Shown here: one piece after another, positions 53,178-53,403 of the stretch
How positions within the stretch are numbered: the stretch's first letter is position 1
Layout of the letters: every line of letters begins with the position of its first letter
The notes under the pieces: generated by a model
What the model saw: the letters and a program-made list of their open reading frames with translations, nothing else
What the model was told of the DNA's origin: nothing
Database searches by the model: none
Made by a program: the position numbers and the translations under genes
IMG/VR virus record: IMGVR_UViG_3300025432_000001
Span: 1-53,403 of that record
Source: a virus
Taxonomy: Duplodnaviria; Caudoviricetes
Length of the DNA: 53,403 nt
Strand: one strand, 5' to 3'

Positions 53178-53353
53178 GTGCGAGCCGCTTTCGCATTGGC
53201 GGCGGCGAGCTCGAGCGCGTCCGCATAGAGACGCATCGCCGACAGCCCGTAAGTAAACGCGGCGAGCAGATAGCCGCGCGCCATCGCATCCTCGCGTAGC
53301 TTGCCGAAGATCTCCGCGTCGCCGACGATCTGGCGGACCGTGCGTTCGGCCAT
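53174..53353 (-). CDS. Hypothetical protein (59 aa) directly after the capsid gene
   Basis: MAERTVRQIVGDAEIFGKLREDAMARGYLLAAF...; starts 4 nt after the capsid stop, with ATGA overlap downstream. Confidence 0.6.
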   Translation of the reverse strand: MAERTVRQIVGDAEIFGKLREDAMARGYLLAAFTYGLSAMRLYADALELAAANAKAART

Positions 53354-53403
53354 GTGATCAGTTTGAGCTGATGATCTGAACGAGAGCCTCGGGGCGGCGG
53401 CAG
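53277..53403. repeat. Terminal direct repeat copy 2
   Basis: Identical to 1-127. Confidence 0.97.

Overview
The window is an apparently complete, circularly assembled temperate phage genome of 53,276 bp unique sequence. Bases 1-127 are repeated exactly at 53277-53403, which is most simply an assembler k-mer overlap. It is GC-rich, and the host is very probably an alphaproteobacterium (Hyphomicrobiales-like), judging from GapR and SciP homologues. It has a lambda-like packaging/head module (cosQ-like site, TerS, GpA-type TerL, gpW, lambda-family portal, S49 protease, decoration protein, capsid E) joined to a Mu-like contractile tail (sheath, tube, frameshifted chaperone, tape measure, DNA-circularisation protein, gp44-gp48 baseplate, fibres). 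There is also an expanded lysis/accessory block, a CI/Cro switch with five GTAGCG-N5-CGCTAC-type operators, and an integrase/Xis pair next to an attP carrying the 3' half of tRNA-Asp(GTC). The most unusual content is (i) early-region candidate host mimics: a Zn-ribbon protein with two FtsZ C-terminal-peptide copies, an acyl-carrier-protein-like protein lacking the pantetheinylated Ser, a tRNA-shaped RNA with an abnormal anticodon arm, and SciP, GapR and GcrA-like proteins; (ii) a second, Cre-like recombinase preceded by a 13-7-13 lox-like site, a 21-bp direct repeat and a 42-bp palindrome around small genes; (iii) attP arm-type repeats made of tandem GANTC (CcrM) sites; and (iv) a GIY-YIG-type protein whose N-terminus copies the integrase N-terminal domain. 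All family calls come from motif recognition and synteny; no database search was run.
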